In this document: positions 1 to 11,662 of the stretch, one piece after another | Layout of the letters: each line of letters starts with the position of its first letter | Numbering within the stretch: position 1 is the stretch's first letter | From: Octopus vulgaris | Lineage: Eukaryota | DNA length: 64,000 bases | Direction of reading: 5' to 3' | Assembly (NCBI GenBank): GCA_951406725.2 | Contig: OX597814.1 | Location: forward strand, 163,060,001 to 163,124,000 | Translations under genes and position numbers: made by a program | The notes under the pieces: generated by a model | The model's input: only the letters and a program-made list of their open reading frames with translations | Databases searched by the model: none | What the model was told of the DNA's origin: nothing

Positions 1-586
1 GTTGGTAGTAAAGAAATAGGTATGTGTTTACATATTGAGCTATGAATGACATCATCAGATCGCTCGATGCATGTGTTTCTGCATCGTTACGCATTAGCAA
101 CTCTGAATACTACATCAGTCTGCCACAGTTTTATGAGAACGGTTGCAAGTACAACGTTTGCTGGTGTGCCTAAAGTTTGGTCAAGCTGGTCGAGTTTGAG
201 GAAGCTGGTCAAGTTTAGTTAAGCTGGGCAAGTTCGGTCAATTAACTAGAATCGCACGAAGTATTCTCGTGTAAAATATATGCGCGAACAATTCTATTTA
301 GCATGTTCATGTACACTCGGACGTGGAAAGATCTTTCATTGAAGAAATAGTCTCGAGAGAAAATTCTCTTCATAGACAGTATCTGTGAAAACACAGTGGG
401 CTACGACTGACGTCATCGGCCCGTTGGACGCATGCGTTTCTACGTTGTTACACGTCATCAATTACAAATATCGAATCAGTGTTTCACAGCACTATACGAA
501 TATGATTATTTTTTTGTATCTTTTTTGATTACTATTGTAGTTGAAGAAGTTGTTTAAGGCGAATCTTGAAGTTCTAGTTTTTACTA

Positions 587-1813
587 TTAGGTTGTCAAGA
601 AAGTTCTCGCGGTTTTTAACCTTTAAATTCAAATGCACATATCTCGGCTCAAACAAAACTTTATTAATCAAAATAAACACCATCAGAATCAACACACTTT
701 TGCCAACGCAAAACGAGTTTACTTATACTAGTAGCGTAAAAATCCTGCGTTCTGGTAGTGATGAAGTCGTTGAAGGCGTGTTTGGCATCATATTGGTTTT
801 TGAAGCATTTCTCACGCAGGAAGTTGTCGAGATGCTTGAAAAAGTGATAGTCGATAGGCGAGAGGTCTGGTGAGTGTGGTGGATGAGGGAGAGTTTCGTA
901 GCCCAATTGGTTCAACTTCTGCAGGGTCAGTTGTGCGACGTGCGGCCGAGCGTTGTCGTGGAGAAGAATTGGTCCTTTTCTATTGACCAATGCTGGCTGT
1001 TGTTGGCGGAGTTACTTATGCATTTCATTCATTTGCTGACAGTACTTCGCCGCAATGGTTTCACCTGGATCCAAAAAACTGTGATGGATGACACTGGCCG
1101 TAGTTACCATAACTTTCTTTTGGTGCAACTTTGGCTTCGGGAAGTGCCATAGAGCTACGTCGGCGTCCAACCGGTTGTCGTAAAGAATCCACTTTTCATC
1201 TTAAGTCACAATCCGGTCGAGAAATGGGTCAAAACGGCATTTCTTTCTTTCTTTTTTTTTCTGTTGTTCAATTCGTGCGGCACCCATTTCTCAAGTATTT
1301 TTATTTTTCCAATTTCTTTGATGAGGTTGGAAATTGTCGTATACATTGCGTCTAATTCAGAAGCAAGCTCTCGAACAGTTGTGCATGGATTGGCTTCGAC
1401 TAAGGCTCTTAGTTGATCGTTGTCAACATCCGATGGCCGACCACTACGCTATCATCTTCAAGGTTCTCATCGCCGCTACGAAATTTCTTGTACCACCATT
1501 GTGCTGTACGCTTATTAGTGGTTCCTGGGCCAAACGCATCGTTGATATCGTGAGCTGTTTCAACAGCTTTACAGCCAAGCTTGAACTGAAATAAGAAAAT
1601 TGTGTGAATTTGCTTTTTGTCCATGTTGTATTCAACGTTCCGGAAAAAATGGCCTAATTATTCAAAAAGAAACAGAGTAACACGATTAGATAGAGAGAAA
1701 AACAGGCTTTAAAATTATATATAATGTCAAGGTAATTTAACGAAAATTAATTTGAAAATACATCATTTAAAACCAAAATTTAAAATTCCGCAAGAACTTT
1801 CTTGACAACCTAA
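587..1813 (-). mobile_element. Mariner DNA transposon, Hsmar1/cecropia-like, near full length, transposase decayed
   Basis: TIRs TTAGGTTGTCAAGAAAGTTCT(C/T)GCGG at both ends, TA TSD (585-586, 1814-1815); fragments MDKKQIHTIFLFQFKLG..WWYKKFRSGDENLED and LLHDNARPHVA..HPPHSPDLSPIDYHFF. Confidence 0.95.
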
Positions 1814-1834
1814 TACTAATATTACAAGGATGTA

Positions 1835-3170
1835 AGGCTGAGAGCTGGCAGAATCGTTTGCATGCCGGGTAAAATGCTTAGCGGCATTTCGTCCGTCTTT
1901 ACGTTCTAAGTTCAAATTCTTCCGATGTCGACTTTGCCTTTCATCTTTTCGAGGTCGATAAAATGAGTACCAGTCGAGCACTGGGGTCACTTGCTAGCCT
2001 TGTGCCAAAATTTGAAATCAATATTATTAATATGTATTATTAATACATATTAGTATTATTAATGTGTGCTTGTGTGCCCTCGAGTTTATCAGTAGAGTCT
2101 AGGGCAAAATAGCAATAAACAATAAAAGCAGCATTGGAGACTATGAGCAAAACTTTACATGATGTCAGAAGCCCCACGATATTGACAGGCGGTGTAATTG
2201 TTGTTTTTAAGTTGGTTTTTTTTTTATCTAGCATATACCCAGGAACATAAGAGAACAAAAGCTCATGAAATTCGAACAGGCTTCAATACTTCATAGTTAT
2301 GGTACAATGCTAAACCTTGAAGTTTACAACTAACATACGTGCAAGATTTCATGGTCATCACAGATTAGGTCAGTTACTTCAGAACTTGCTGTAGATAACG
2401 TTCAATTTTTTTTATTTTCATTTTTCATTTTTTCCTGCGGCGTCAGCTACACACACTTTGACTTGTTTTCGTTTTGAGTTATTTTGGTCGCAATTAAGGC
2501 GGAAACCTAACAGAATCATGAGCTCCCCATATAAAAAAAAAATTAGCAACATTTTTTTCATCTTTACATTCTGATTTCAAATGTCACAGAAGTCGACTTT
2601 ACCTTTCGTCCTTTCGGGGTCGATGAAATAAGCGCCAGTTGCCTACTAGGTCGAAACAATCGACCAGCTCCTTCCCAGCAAGATTTCAGGCATTGTGCCG
2701 TTTGTAGAAAGAATTATTTTGGACATAATAAATCGGCAAGCTGACAGAATCGTTAGCACGCCGGACAAAATGCTTAGCGGCATTTCGTCTGTCTTTGCGC
2801 TCTGAGTTCAAATTCCACCGAGGTCGACTTTATCTGTCGTCCTTTCGGAATCGATAAAAAAAAGTACCAGCTGAACACTTGAGTCGATGTAATCTTCTAA
2901 TCCTCTCCACAAAATTTCATGCCTTGTGCAAATAGTAGAAAGCACTGTTTTGCAGATTGCCAGAATGAGTTGAGCGCCGTTAAAATGCCTTATGATATTT
3001 GCCCCAGCTCTATAAGCACTGATTTCAAATCGCGACGTGATCAGGTCTTCCTTTCATCACCCGAGCTCGATAAAAGAAAGTAGCAGTAAAAATACTTGGG
3101 TGATTTACGATGTGATCAAGAAACCATCCCTAAAAATTGCTAGTCTAGTGCCCAAATTAGCAACAATTAT
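1835..3170 (+). mobile_element. Cluster of tRNA-derived SINEs with Nin/Deu-like core (copies ~1835-2020, 2498-2712, 2733-2942, 2960-3165)
   Basis: A-box-like TGGCAGAATCG, B-box GAGTTCAAATTCC, core GCCTTTCATCCTTTCGGGGTCGATAAAATAAGTACCAG; many copies elsewhere in window. Confidence 0.85.
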
Positions 3171-3583
3171 TCTGGACATAAAACTCTTATGTATTTTCAT
3201 TCTTTTTTCTTTAATTTTATATTTTTGTCCCAGCTGTTATAAGACTCAACCTCATTGTTACATTGTCTTTTGTGCTCTCCCCGTCCTTGTCGTTCTCAGT
3301 TTACTTTCCATCGTTATTTCCTCTAACTGTCTCGTCTAAATTGTTGCTTTTGTCACACCGTTGAATATCTAATTATATTTCCTCGAGCCTTCTTTGTCTA
3401 GTTTTTACTGAATCAGTCCTTAAAAACTGTATCAAGGATTAATGACATGAGCTGAGGTTAAGCACGGCAATCCTAAATGCCGAAACTGTAAAGTCCTCAG
3501 TCAAGATAGCTGATGGAAAAGAATTCCTTATTTATTCCGTCTGCTATTGTTATTTGTTTGGTGCTTTGTCACCCCACATAAAC

Positions 3584-3619
3584 ACATACATACATACATA
3601 CATACATACATACATACAT

Positions 3620-3650
<31 letters not shown>

Positions 3651-3830
3651 TACATACATACATAAATACATACATACATACATACAGAAAGACAGACAGA
3701 CAGACAGACAGACATGCGTGCATATATACATACATACATATGCATACATACATATGTATACTTGTGCGTTGTGTGTGTGCACGCGCGCTTGTGTATTTAC
3801 GTATATGTGTGTGTTTGTTTGTGTGCATGT
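3584..3830. repeat. (CATA)n/(CAGA)n/(TG)n compound microsatellite
   Basis: Directly visible. Confidence 0.95.
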
Positions 3831-4074
3831 TGGTGAATGAGGAAAAGGAAAAGTCCAAGGTAAACTGGGAGAAGACTGAAGAGAAGAAAGGAAATAAAAA
3901 TAGTAGGGAAACAGCAAAAAAGACGCACATTATAATACAAAGCTCAAAACAAGCCTAGATAGTAAAAGGTTGACACGATCCTATTTTGGATTCCACGATA
4001 GATGAAAAAATCACCTATAAAATATATTTCATTCGAACACAGTTCATGTCTCCAGTATAATATAACATATGCGC

Positions 4075-4230
4075 GCGCACACACACACTATATACATACA
4101 TACATACATACACACATACATACATACATACACACACACATACATACATACATACATACATACATACATACATACATACATACATACATACATACATACG
4201 TACGTACATACATACATACATACATACATA
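4075..4230. repeat. (CATA)n microsatellite
   Basis: Directly visible. Confidence 0.95.
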
Positions 4231-4237
4231 GGTACAT

Positions 4238-4625
4238 GATGGCTGCCCCCTCGTTATCGAGTATGGCCATTACATGAGGCTTAGCTGTTAACGGTGCTGT
4301 GATGGAATGCAACTTTTTAGCCCAGATAAAGATCTACAATGTCTTGTACAGAATTGGCAGCTAAAGCCTTTACTTGCTATAGCCGGCTGTAGTTGTAATT
4401 AGGCTCCGTGTACCTTTGCATGTCGTTTAAGTCCTTCTGCCGAATCATACACCCTTCCACATGCCTGACAGATATGATTAGTATGGTGTGTAGCACCACC
4501 ACAAGCGGCCTGGTAGTCAATAATCAGTCTCACTTTATGACTACGAAGATGACTCTTGAGTTCAGCCTTACTGGGGCTGGGTCTTGCACAGACACTGCAC
4601 GTCAGCGTCATAGGAAAACAGTGAT
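4238..4625 (-). mobile_element. RTE-clade LINE 3' end with C2H2 zinc-finger-like segments
   Basis: CSVCARPSPSKAELKSHLRSH and CQACGRVYDSAEGLKRHAKVH followed by a short 3'UTR. Confidence 0.55.
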
Positions 4626-4679
4626 GTAGACTGCCTCTACCTAAAACGAAAACAAAGTGGAAGAGACTTAACATCGATC

Positions 4680-5920
4680 CAAAATGCCTTTGAATATCGC
4701 ATCATATCCGTTCGGCAACATCTTTTAACAACTAAGTGCCGAAATGCATCCGTTGAACAAGTTTGCATGCATGAGGCTGATAACATCATAAGCCTTGGAA
4801 GGCAGTTCCTTGAGTTACATTCTGTCTGATAACCTAGAATACATGCCCAAAGAAGTCATACGGCTCTACCGCAACGTATCATCAGATGAAATGATGAGCC
4901 TACATGAGCAGAAAACTATGCATGGATATGTTACTAGAAAGCTCCGCGATAATAGTAACATCGATCATCAAAGCAATTTATCATGGACTAATAGCCGGAT
5001 TGCTGGTCTACCTCCCTTGCGTTTGCAATCCAGGAGCGGGAAATACCGACCAAGTACCTAATGCACAAAAGGGATAGAGATGCAGGTAAAGCCGTAAAGT
5101 GTGACAACCGATGCAGACTTTGTGGAGTTTACACTGAAGATATCACCCACATCATAAACAGTTGTCCGAAAATGTCATCACAGTATTAGCTACTGATAAG
5201 ACATGACGTTGTAGCTAGGATACTCTATAATGAAATCCGTCAGAAGGATAATCCCAAGGACAAAGAAATAAGAACCTACAATATGGTAGAAGCCACAGCC
5301 ACTCATAATAATAAGGAATAACTGGAGGAATGTACCAGTGAAGACCTCAATAAAATGTAAGCACAACAGACCTGATATAATGATTTGGGATAGAGAAGAG
5401 AAACTGTGCACAGTTGTGAAAATTAGCTGTCCAGCGGATGTTAACATAAAACTGAAGATCAGTGAAAAAGAAAACACCTATGCTGAACTTATTGAAGAAA
5501 GCTGCGGTTACTCTATCCAGATTACAAGTTCAGGTTTATACCGGTAATTATTGGGATTCTGTGCCAAAATACCAATCTTGAGAAATTATGCTTCTCAAAA
5601 CCAGAAAGGAGAAAACTAATTCGAAGACTACAGATCCAATCCATCACTGGGACTATAAAAATCTGTAAAACTTTCCAGAAGTTTATTATTTAAATATATG
5701 ATCATGTCTAGATATGCAACTATATGCATGAGAATACATGCATAAAACATACAAATCTACACATACATACATACATACATACATACATACATACATACAT
5801 ACATACATACATACATACCCTGTTGTTGATGTTGAAATTCCAATGAAGGAGCCTTGGATCTAGGTTAGAAACCGGTTCTTTCTCTATTGGCAAGAAATCT
5901 TGAAATAAATTGAATAATAA
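4680..5920 (+). mobile_element. R4/Dong-clade non-LTR retrotransposon 3' part (CCHC finger plus restriction-like endonuclease), decayed
   Basis: CRLCGVYTEDITHIINSCP, RHDVVA and KHNRPDIMIWDREEKLCTVVKISCPAD motifs; 3'UTR ends in a (CATA)n array. Confidence 0.85.
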
Positions 5921-5954
5921 CATACAAACGTACATACATACATACATACATACA

Positions 5955-5987
<33 letters not shown>

Positions 5988-6496
5988 GTACCTTGACTAG
6001 GAATTTCCATTTGTACCTGTTATCATAGGTCATTAGGTTATGTACCCACGAATTTGCACAAAAACCTAGAAATATTCGGTTTCATGAGTGAGGGAGGCAA
6101 AGAAAAACTGACACGGTCTCTCCAAATCCAATCTGTTAGTGGCGCAGTGAAGATCTGTAAGACTTTCCCCAAATTCTCCATTTGAGATTCTTTTGTAAAT
6201 AGATGCATACTCTTGAGTGTATGCATCGACAGTTCAATCAACACACCTACTCAACCACATATTTACAAACGCCAAGAACTCTCTTAACTCAAAACGTTTT
6301 GTCGCTTTGTTAGCGACCAGCTTGAACTCTCTTAAGAAGAACTTAAATAAAACTCAAAGAAAAATCATACATACATAAAGACTGACAGACATATATGAGT
6401 GCTACGTCGACGTCAACCAAATTCCAATGAAAGGGCTTTATTGGTGAGGAATTCAAGCTATAAAATCAGTGTCGTATATACTGCTTGCGTGCATGT

Positions 6497-6511
6497 GTGC
6501 ATGTGTGCGTA

Positions 6512-6580
<69 letters not shown>
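6497..6580. repeat. (GT)n microsatellite
   Basis: Directly visible. Confidence 0.95.
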
Positions 6581-6581
<1 letters not shown>

Positions 6582-7534
6582 TAGTTCTCTTGTCATCACG
6601 GGAGCTATAACTACACTACAAACATCAGTATTATGAAACACTAGAAGATTTATGTTAGAAGTGTTTAATGGTTAATCAGTGACTACTTTGATGCCTGTCT
6701 TCGTGGTGAAAGATGGACGACTTCGCAACACACAGAGATTTATCTGTTGAGGCAAAACTCCATGTTGCTGTCTGTTCATATCAGAAGAATGACCAAATAA
6801 TAGCATTCCAGAGGTTTTTAGAAGCAGAGATGTTGATACTATATAAAAGGGATAAATCAAAGATTGTATATGGTTAAATCACTTAAATATATCTGATCAA
6901 AATTTGAGAAACGTAGGTGGAGGAGCTCAATCGCAAGAAAAATCAAAGAAAGATATGCAAGAGAGTGATAAAATGCAGAGTGTTCCAAAGAAGATTTTCT
7001 ATGATGTCATATTTGTGTGAGAATCCCGCTGTTCTTAGAACTCTACGACTATCTCGACATCTGCACTCTCACCAACTAAAGCAATTACCCTCGTTTCTTT
7101 TCTTTCTTTTTTTCTTTTTTTTTTTTTAATGATTCACAGATGTAATAACTTATATTTGTCGTAAGCAGTGTAAAGCAGCTGCGGGTCTATAGAGACACAC
7201 AGGAATACATTATGTCATCGTGTTGCAGGAACAGAAGATTGATCTCGTTTATAATCTTTGCACCAAGAGACAGCATTTAACCGCAGTTCTAGAGAAGCGA
7301 CATTCAAAACAGTTAACAAAATAACCCATTCAGTTTGGTAATCTTTCTGAAAGGCAACTTTTTATCTTCTATGTAAGTATTTTTTGTTTGTATACAAAGG
7401 GTTATAAAGCAATATAAAATCGACTTGATATATTTTGCATTTGTGGATTCTATTTTTTTTTTATTATTATTGTCTATGTGTATGCAAGGATGAATTAATG
7501 TGTTTATTACTATTTTTTGTTGCTGTTGTCTTTC

Positions 7535-8275
7535 AGAATCATTAGAACGCCGGATAAAATGATTAGCAGTATTTCATTTGTCTCTTCGTCTTGAGTTCAA
7601 ATTCTGCAGAGGTCGACTTTGCTTTTCATCCTTTCGGGGTCGATTAAATAAGTACCAGTTACGCACTGGGGTCGATATAATCGACTTAATCCGTTTGTCT
7701 GTCCTTGTTTGTCCCCTCTGTGTTTAGCCTCTTGTGGGTAGTAAAGAAATAGGTATTTCGTTCGTCTCTTCGTCCTGAGTTCAAATTCTGCAGAGGTCGA
7801 TTTTGCCTTTCATCCTTTTCGGAGTCGATGAAATAAGTACCAATTGAGCACTGGCGTCGATATAGCCGACTAGCCCCATCCACACAAATTTCAGGCATTG
7901 TGTCTATAGTAGAAAGGAATTTTGTTGTTGCTGTTGTTGTTATTATTATTAAGGCATCGATTTTACAGAATCATCAGCGCGTTGGACAAAATGTTTAACG
8001 TCATTTTTTCGGGTCTTTGCGTTCTGAGTTCAAATTCTGCCAAGACTGACTTTACCTTCCATGCTTGGGAATCGATAAATTGAGTACCCGTTGAACACAC
8101 TGGGGTCGATGTGATCAACCAGACCCCTCCCCTAAAATTTCAGGCCTTGTTCTCATTGTAGAAAGATCGTCAGCACGCCGGACAAAATACTCAGCAGCAT
8201 TTCTTCCGATCTCACGCTGAGTTCAAAATCCTCCGAGGTCGACTTTGCCTCTCATCCTTTCGGAGACGTTAAAAT
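7535..8275 (+). mobile_element. Tandem/nested Nin-core SINE copies
   Basis: Repeated GAGTTCAAATTC..GTCGACTTTGCCTTTCATCC cores; dimer junction at ~7752. Confidence 0.85.
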
Positions 8276-8280
8276 TAATA

Positions 8281-9880
8281 CTGTATATTTCCACGTATAA
8301 GACGACCTTTAAATCCTATAATTTACCCTAAAAATTTGGGGTCGTCTTTCTAAAAATCAAACTTTGAATTTGAAGTGATTTTATAAGTAAGCTAACTTTG
8401 GCCTCGGTACGATAACCACAGACATACTAACAAAATAAAAAATATATATAATAAAGGTAATAAAAACATTTTTACTCAATATATTATTGGCATATCTTCG
8501 TAATAAATAGCCTATTCGAGAGATAATTCTATATCATTGAAATCAGCTTTTATCTATGCGAGCTCGGCTGAGAAAATGTAAACATCGAGTTATGGTTGCG
8601 CTCACGGTAGCCTCTATCTTTCGCTAGCCTTTCAAAAATTAATGATGAAGTATAACTGTAGTAATAACATTTAGAATAACATATTTATATTTTTCATAAA
8701 ATATCTATTACCATTTGGTGATAAATAACACAATTTGGATTACACCACAATCTTTATTTTTCAATAAAAATTATTTTACAAGGCGGTGAGCTAACAGAAA
8801 CGTTAGCACACCGAACGAAATGCTTAGCGATATTTCGTCTGTCTTTATGTTCTGAGTCCAAATTCCGCCGAGATCGACTTTGCCTTTCATCCTTTCGGAG
8901 TCGATAAATTAAGTACCAGTTGCGTACTGGGGTCGATATAATCGACTGGTACCCTCCCCAAAAATTTCGGGCCTTGTGCCTAGAGTAGAAAAGAATAAAA
9001 TTATTTTACTGAAGTTGCATTTAGAACATGACATTATGATATTTTTTAATATTTCCTATCAAGATAAATAATATTGATAAAACATCAAACCTGCCACATG
9101 TATTTATCTAAAACCCATCAAATTCCTCATTATCATCACTATCTATTTCTAAAAGTTTCTCATGCATATCACAAGATTCAACACATATGCCATCATCGTA
9201 AGGATTTCAGTCTGGTTCTGGTGAATCGACTTCAACTTCGTCGCCGCTATTGTACAGAATATCAGCTTCGGTACCATTCATGGCATTAGAGATACCGCAT
9301 GTTTTTAATGATTTTATCACGTTTTCTACTTTAACTTTGTCCCATACCTTTATAACAAAATCTCAGAGAACATCAAGTGAGGCAGAACGCATACTTTTTG
9401 TAAAAGATTTTTCTCTATTCATCATCCAGTCATTCCATTGCTCTCTCACATCATCTTTAAACGAATTGTTTAAACTGACATCAAGTGGCTGCAGTATCGA
9501 AGTCAAACCACCAGGAATAACAGCAATATCAGTATTGGTTTTGGATAACCGGGTTTTAGTATTTGCCGTTACGTGGCTACGAAACATATCCCAAATCAAT
9601 AAACTGCGTTCGTTTCGTATGCCACCTATTCCAAATATTCTCAGTCCATATTTTCATACCACTCTCGTCCATCCACCCTTTCTCGTGAAAATGGGCGAAA
9701 ACGCCAGGAGGAAAACCTATTTTGGGCTTTGTTTTACATTTTAATATAACCATGAGTTTTCATTTTGTGCCATCAGTCAAGCAGGATGATACCACAGTAA
9801 ACCTCGTTTTCTCACATCCTGTGCTTTTAACGTGCACTGTTTTTACACCTTTCAAATCTACCGTTTTGTTACCCAGTATT
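8281..9880 (-). mobile_element. pogo/Tc2 (POGK-like) DNA transposon remnant
   Basis: End CTGTATATTTCCACGTATAAGACGACC after TA; DDE_1 peptide LIWDMFRSHVT..AVIPGGLTSILQPLDVSLNNSFK, KSTGCEKTRFTVV, EKGWMDE. Confidence 0.85.
8780..8993 (+). mobile_element. Full-length Nin-core SINE inserted in the pogo remnant
   Basis: TSD AATAAAA(A)TTATTTTAC at 8763-8779 and 8994-9009. Confidence 0.9.
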
Positions 9881-10175
9881 CTTTTTGAAGAACCTGGTAC
9901 TTATTCTTTCGGTGTCTTTTGCCGATCCGCTTAGTCACGAAGATGCGAACACTCCAACATCAGTTATCAGGCGGTGGTGAAGACAAACACAGGCACGCAC
10001 ACACTTATATATACCCACGACAGGCTTCTTTCAGTTTCCGTCTACCAAATCCAGTCACAAAGCTTTGGTTGATCCGAAGCTATTGTACAAGAAACTCGCT
10101 CAAGTTGCCACACAGTGGGACCAAATCCGAAACCATGCGGTCGGGGAGTAAACTTCTTACCGCATACCCGCGCAT
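9880..10175 (-). mobile_element. tRNA-derived SINE, second family (CTTGRGCRAGT core)
   Basis: Similar to copies at 17482-17880, 37475-37695 and 58124-58456. Confidence 0.8.
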
Positions 10176-10231
10176 GTAAATATATTTTTGTATAACAAAT
10201 ATGAATATATTTTATTTTGTATATAAATATA

Positions 10232-10624
10232 CTAGCAGTATCGCCCGGCGTTGCTCGGGTTTGTTTTGATCCTTCAGAATTGGAATTTTTGAAAAGTAAA
10301 AATTTTGCATTTTGCAGCTTGATATTCTCTTTGAGTGAACATTTTTCTGGTTGAAATACACCGAAAAATGGCGACACAGTTGTCAAAAAATCGTAAAAAA
10401 TAGGGATTTTCATAGAAAAAAAGCACCTTTTTGATGTAAATAATTTTTTGGTGTTAACATGATCCGATTTGAATTTTGTCTTCTATAGAATGAAGAGCAA
10501 GCCTTCTTCTATCATACTCTCAATTTTGGTCAACTTGCGCAGCAGGGTCTCGGAGGAGATAGTGTTAGTTGAAGGCTACCAAACTTGGCACACACAGACA
10601 ACTTCAGCTTTATATATATAGAGA
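10232..10624 (-). mobile_element. Non-autonomous Helitron
   Basis: On minus strand A|TCTCTATATA...CCCGAGCAACGCCGGG hairpin...CTAG|T: 5' TC, 3' CTAG, subterminal hairpin, A|T insertion site. Confidence 0.85.
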
Positions 10625-11514
10625 TTTCATTTGCACTTAAAGTGCATCTGTATTAATATATTTTGTTTTGTATACTGTAAATTTTGATCGTTAGATTGTT
10701 ATTTAAATGGAATGTTTTAATTTACCAAGTTGCAGACGCGGAATCTCTGATGTCCAAAGTGCTTTGTTTTTGTTTTTTTGTTTTGTTTTTTTAAGGCGTC
10801 ATAAAAATATTAGGGGTTGTTCTGAAAAAAAAAATCATTATGAAATAACTTTTGTTGGTTCTAACACATGTGATTGTAACAATTACTTCTCTTCCATCGA
10901 CATATATATTTGTACATTTTAATAACCTTAAACATACAACTACACATGTTATAGAGATGGGAAATTATTTTTTTCCTGCGTATTATATGAGCTTCGATAA
11001 CGCGAACAGTGGAAGCTTCAGCAAAAGAATTAACTATTGGAAATATATAAAGAAAGAATAGATAGAAAGAGAGGGGGGAAAGAGTGAGAGAGATGGAAAG
11101 AGAGAGCTTTGCTAGGAAACAGTAGGAGAAAAGGGACATAAATGAAATGTAAAGCGTTAGAATAAACCCATATCGCAGTGAATAGAATTGAGTTTTCTGA
11201 GTAACGTTTAGTTGAAATCTTCAATTATAAAGAATTTTGAAAACCATATTTTGATAGAAAGAAATATATATGTACATTAAAATTGGAAATTATACGAATT
11301 TTCTAATAAGTCAAGACTTTAATAATTGCTTTCTTTTAGTAAAAGTTAAATAATCGCAAGTAATGCTACGAACATAACTTATTGGGCAGGTAAGGCTATG
11401 TAAGAGCTACGGAAGGTCCGCTGTTAGACTCTCGGTTCGATAATAGTATGAGTGGGGAGTCTAACGTGGGTCGTGTATGAGCGTGTATAGGTTAAATAAA
11501 ATATCTCCCTTTCC

Positions 11515-11613
11515 GATGGGATATCTTTTATATTCCTGAAACAGCTGTAAGATTACTCTTCCCTTTATAAACTTACTAGAAGTTTCACACTGCTTTGGTG
11601 TTGTTGTCTTATT
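11515..11613 (+). mobile_element. Penelope-like terminal repeat fragment with 3' half of a minimal hammerhead
   Basis: GGGATATCTTTTATATTCCT-GAAA-CAGCTG-TA-AGA; inverted copy at 12998-13104. Confidence 0.7.
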
Positions 11614-11623
11614 TCATTTAATC

Positions 11624-11660
<37 letters not shown>

Positions 11661-11662
<2 letters not shown>

